Shown here one piece after another: positions 46,888-50,064 of a DNA stretch of 50,064 bases (position 1 is the first letter of the stretch; each line of letters begins with the position of its first letter). The position numbers were made by a program, and so were the translations under genes. This DNA is from Acidimicrobiales bacterium. Lineage in GTDB: Bacteria; Actinomycetota; Acidimicrobiia; Acidimicrobiales; SZUA-35. The stretch lies in contig JAHDFH010000001.1 of NCBI GenBank assembly GCA_020628305.1, forward strand, positions 1 through 50,064, in the 5' to 3' direction. Under the pieces are notes generated by a model, which was given only the letters and a program-made list of their open reading frames with translations, made no database searches and was not told the DNA's origin.

Positions 46888-49050
46888 CAGGCTTCTGCGC
46901 CCGTCAAATACTAGTCGTGGCGGAGTTGGGAAGTCGACTAGAAGCGCCGCTTTGATGGCATCAGGATCGCCCTGAAGCAAGGGGGTGAGGCGTTCGAGTT
47001 CCGCTTGCGTCGCATCATGAGCGATGTGTATCTCAAGATGGCTACGAGTGATCCTGACCCTGGTCTTGTCTGCAAGTGGGTAGACGATCGTATTTCTATC
47101 GCTATCAAACTTCCAAGGAATTCTGTAGTTGAACTGTTCCAGTTCGGTCAGGTAGAAGTGATCGATAAAATAGACCAAAGGAGCATCTATGAAATAGAAG
47201 ATGCTGTCGAGTATCCCATACTCAGTCAACGCGATAGTCCAAGCATTAAGTTCTTTGACCTCTTCTCTTATCGTAGAAGAATTAATGCCTGTGTCGTCAA
47301 ATCGATATGACAGCTCGGGGACGGCGTCCAGAACCATGGTCCGTGCTTCAATCAGCCCCTGAAAGTAGGCCCTGTTAGCCAAGAGAACGTCAATCGCTAT
47401 GTCATCTGCTGTGCTCTGGGTGTTTAGTTCACAGGAAGGTGCTGGGAGCCAATCAGTGTTTTGTGCTTTCTGATCCGCTAACGAGAAGGCACGATTGATA
47501 CCTGCTTGTATTCTATCGATCAGCTGATCGAGGGTAGTGAATTCATTGAATCCGACATGTATTGTAAAGCGGTTTCCTGAGAAGTCAGCAAAATCAAGAT
47601 TATCCGACAACTTAACTTCAACTTGGGTGGCACTTCCAAAAGCTCGATTGTCGTTGTCAGTTTGACCAATGAAGTAACAACCGGAAACAAACGGAACGAC
47701 AGTAGGCTCTTGAATAATGTCTAACGAGTTGCCATTTCTGAGTTCACTCTGAGCCTCAACCAACTTTCGAGCGAGGGCTGTTCGATTGTCTTCGTCCCAA
47801 GCAAGCACATCGTAGTGTCGCAAGTTGTATTGAGTAACTGGAGGGTCTCTACGCAACATGGTTGTGATATCATCTCGATTCTTAGCAGGAATGTCCAACT
47901 CGTTGAAAATTGATTCGAGCCGACTGTCGATGAGTTTGAACTGTTGTCCAGCAACGTCCAGATATCTCAGGTGTCTGAAAGTTGAAAGGTCAGGAAAGGC
48001 TTCGAAGATGGCTTGCATCACGTTGTAGTCGCCATCCGTCATTCTTATAGTTACAAGATTGTCTCGCAGCTCGATTTCATTGGTTTCTGCGTTGGGATAT
48101 ATCCGAACCCTCAAGCCATCAAGCCATGATGTAACTTGGAGTACAAAGGAGTTAGCGGACAAAGCTGCTAGATGCCCATTTCTACCGGTCACATAACCGA
48201 CATCTCTAAGCGCAATGCCAGGATGTAAGCCAGCTTCTAATGCTGCTGAAACTATTCGTTCAGCGGCGCGGATACCTTGGATATCCCTGTTGTCAAGATT
48301 TTCAGCTGGGGAAGCTAGTAGTTCCCCAAGTTTTTCGCTTAGGCGGGGTAGCTCTCTTGATTGATGAGGTTCGAGCCCAAGAATCTCGTGCATATCTCGC
48401 AGCCTTTGAGCTATTTCAAAGTTGTAGCGATCGACGTTCAAAGTAGCCGGACAGTCTATTGCTATGCCTTCAGGCTCAGCCCTGATTAGCTCCGATAGTA
48501 AGATCTTGATGTCTTCAGCTTGTTCTTCTAGAGTTCCTTCAGGAATCTGAATTGTGAGATAGGTAGCTCTCTGTTGGATGATGGTTGCTGATTCATCAGT
48601 AGAGGAATGCTCAGAAAAGTCGAAATACAGTGGGTTAGCGAACCCAAAACTGCCATAGCCGTACATGGCGCAAGTGTCTGCAAGCGGCTCGAGTCGTTTA
48701 ATACCACCTGCGTGTGAAGCCAGGGCGAGAGCAATCTCATCTTCGAGAGAGTCACTTAAGTATCTGTCAATGTCAGGTAGCTTCTCTTGTCTGTACTGGC
48801 GATCTGGCAAAGGCAGTTCGAAGTTGGCTTGATCTGGCATCGGAGTGGCCTCAGCCCTGAATGTCGAGAACGCTTTGGCTGAGTCTAAGGCAGCAAGCAG
48901 GTCAGCGGAGATTTCCAAGGGATCCCTCGTCTGATTCGAAATACGATCATCAGAGGTAGTTGAGGTGTATTGAGCAGTGGTAGTTTGAGCCGGGAGTTGC
49001 GCTGTTACCAACGCCAGTGCTACGGAAGCTATCCCAGTTCTGCTCAACAT
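46876..49050 (-). CDS. large secreted hypothetical protein
   Basis: ~724 aa, signal-peptide-like N-terminus, AAGGCGG leader before ATG 49050. Confidence 0.75.
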   Translation of the reverse strand: MLSRTGIASVALALVTAQLPAQTTTAQYTSTTSDDRISNQTRDPLEISADLLAALDSAKAFSTFRAEATPMPDQANFELPLPDRQYRQEKLPDIDRYLSDSLEDEIALALASHAGGIKRLEPLADTCAMYGYGSFGFANPLYFDFSEHSSTDESATIIQQRATYLTIQIPEGTLEEQAEDIKILLSELIRAEPEGIAIDCPATLNVDRYNFEIAQRLRDMHEILGLEPHQSRELPRLSEKLGELLASPAENLDNRDIQGIRAAERIVSAALEAGLHPGIALRDVGYVTGRNGHLAALSANSFVLQVTSWLDGLRVRIYPNAETNEIELRDNLVTIRMTDGDYNVMQAIFEAFPDLSTFRHLRYLDVAGQQFKLIDSRLESIFNELDIPAKNRDDITTMLRRDPPVTQYNLRHYDVLAWDEDNRTALARKLVEAQSELRNGNSLDIIQEPTVVPFVSGCYFIGQTDNDNRAFGSATQVEVKLSDNLDFADFSGNRFTIHVGFNEFTTLDQLIDRIQAGINRAFSLADQKAQNTDWLPAPSCELNTQSTADDIAIDVLLANRAYFQGLIEARTMVLDAVPELSYRFDDTGINSSTIREEVKELNAWTIALTEYGILDSIFYFIDAPLVYFIDHFYLTELEQFNYRIPWKFDSDRNTIVYPLADKTRVRITRSHLEIHIAHDATQAELERLTPLLQGDPDAIKAALLVDFPTPPRLVFDGRRSLLAP

Positions 49051-49137
49051 TTGCACCGCCTTGATTTACCCCAAATATTGTACCCCGATTTCCTCAACTG
49101 GCGATGCGATCGCTCGGTACACTTGAGGAGAGGCGTT

Positions 49138-50009
49138 ATGAGTGAACCAAACCCTAAACTACCAACGTTGTCGCGTCGGCGATTTCTTTACGCAAGTGCT
49201 GGTGCATTTGCGCTCGGAGTATCTGGTGGGAGAGTCTCAAAGCCTGCTACCCAGGCCGGATCATTAGATAGCTCATTGCTCAACTGGGCAGGGAAGCTTT
49301 GGTTTGAGAGAGGGGTTTCCGAAGATCTTGTTCGGAGTACCTGGAACTTCATTAGGGAAAGCGCATATCCACTGAACGAAGGCAAGAGGTGTTAGAACTG
49401 GTCATAAGAAAACCCAATTCTGCCGTGTCCGGCACTGCGGAGATTACCGAACGGCGTGCCAACTATTTTGTGCAGCCAGACACAACACCGGAACAGATTA
49501 TGGATGTTCTGGCGCATGAAGTTGGCCACTTATTTGAAGCAGCTTTGAGACGATCATTTGGTCTGGATCCCTTCATCAATGAAACGCACGAGGAGCTTGA
49601 CCGGGTGGCAGAGCTGTTTGGAATCCCCGAATTCTCAGATCTTAGACTCTCCGGCTGGATAGGCGGAAGCGACGATCCTTTAACAAGACTGTTCGCTGAG
49701 ATTTCTGGAAAGTTGTTTTGGAAACATGCCAAAGTTGACGACAGCTTAGTGCTTGGTCTCCCTTCAGATCTCGATCAGCAGCGGTTTCTTGAGTGGCTGG
49801 CGTTTGTATTAGGTTTACCAAGATATCACGCTGACTGTCTGGCAGATACCAGGCCTTTACTCGAACTGGGGCCACTCTTCGATAAGGACACGCAGCGCAG
49901 GTTCTATCATCAGCAGGTGCGTCCGTGGATGGAGCATAAGGGATACAAAGTCGTTGGCCCTGCTGTTTCGTTACCAGTTCAACCGGGGCTTGGGCTTACC
50001 CCAAACTAG
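49138..50009 (+). pseudogene. paralog of 46000-46887, split by a 1-bp frameshift at ~49380
   Basis: SRRRFL signal and GKLWFE...ESAYP in one frame; LAHEVGHLFE...GLDP..NET...FAEISG...FLEWLA in the next. Adding one A (GAA AGG CAA GAG GTG) restores colinearity. Confidence 0.8.
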
Positions 50010-50015
50010 TTTTTG

Positions 50016-50064
50016 TACGCCTGGAGGGACTTGAACCCCCAACCAACTGGTTCGAAGCCAGCTA
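50016..50064 (-). tRNA. tRNA-Arg(TCG), 5' part outside the window
   Basis: GCTGG-CTTCGAA-CCAGT anticodon arm, GGGGG-TTCAAGT-CCCTC T-arm, CAGGCGT-A acceptor 3' strand. Confidence 0.88.

Noticed and set aside
1-50064. CRISPR array, integrase, transposase or prophage
   Set aside because: No regularly spaced repeats and no recombinase, DDE or phage structural motifs in any ORF

Overview
50 kb of bacterial chromosome, roughly 50% GC by eye. Gene content and order (tmk-holB-tRNA-Thr, DUF2342 peptidase, tilS, folP/folK, hemE-hemG, HelD-like helicase, DUF222-HNH, LAxTG-type sortase substrate) point to an actinobacterium, probably Acidimicrobiia (inference). The genome is compact, with many apparently leaderless housekeeping genes and overlapping convergent genes. 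Membrane/transport genes, large surface proteins and about nine orphan or highly divergent proteins are interspersed. I found no CRISPR array, integrase or transposase. Best leads: (1) a 123-aa protein between tmk and holB with an SSB-type acidic C-terminal tail and a PafBC/RecA-NDp-like promoter; (2) a DUF222-HNH gene with the same promoter type and a perfect 16-bp quasi-palindromic direct repeat; (3) an ABC exporter bracketed by a perfect 24-bp inverted repeat next to tRNA-Thr; (4) dispersed orphan or divergent proteins sharing Arg/Pro/Gly-rich C-terminal tails and AGGCGG leaders, possibly secretion substrates; (5) altered catalytic motifs (Lnt Cys>Ser, an HAx5R pseudophosphatase in the folate operon, an NLGGLN-type tandem GGDEF); (6) a tRNA-Arg(UCG). 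Three frameshifts are visible and may be assembly errors. All family assignments come from motif recognition only; no database search was run.
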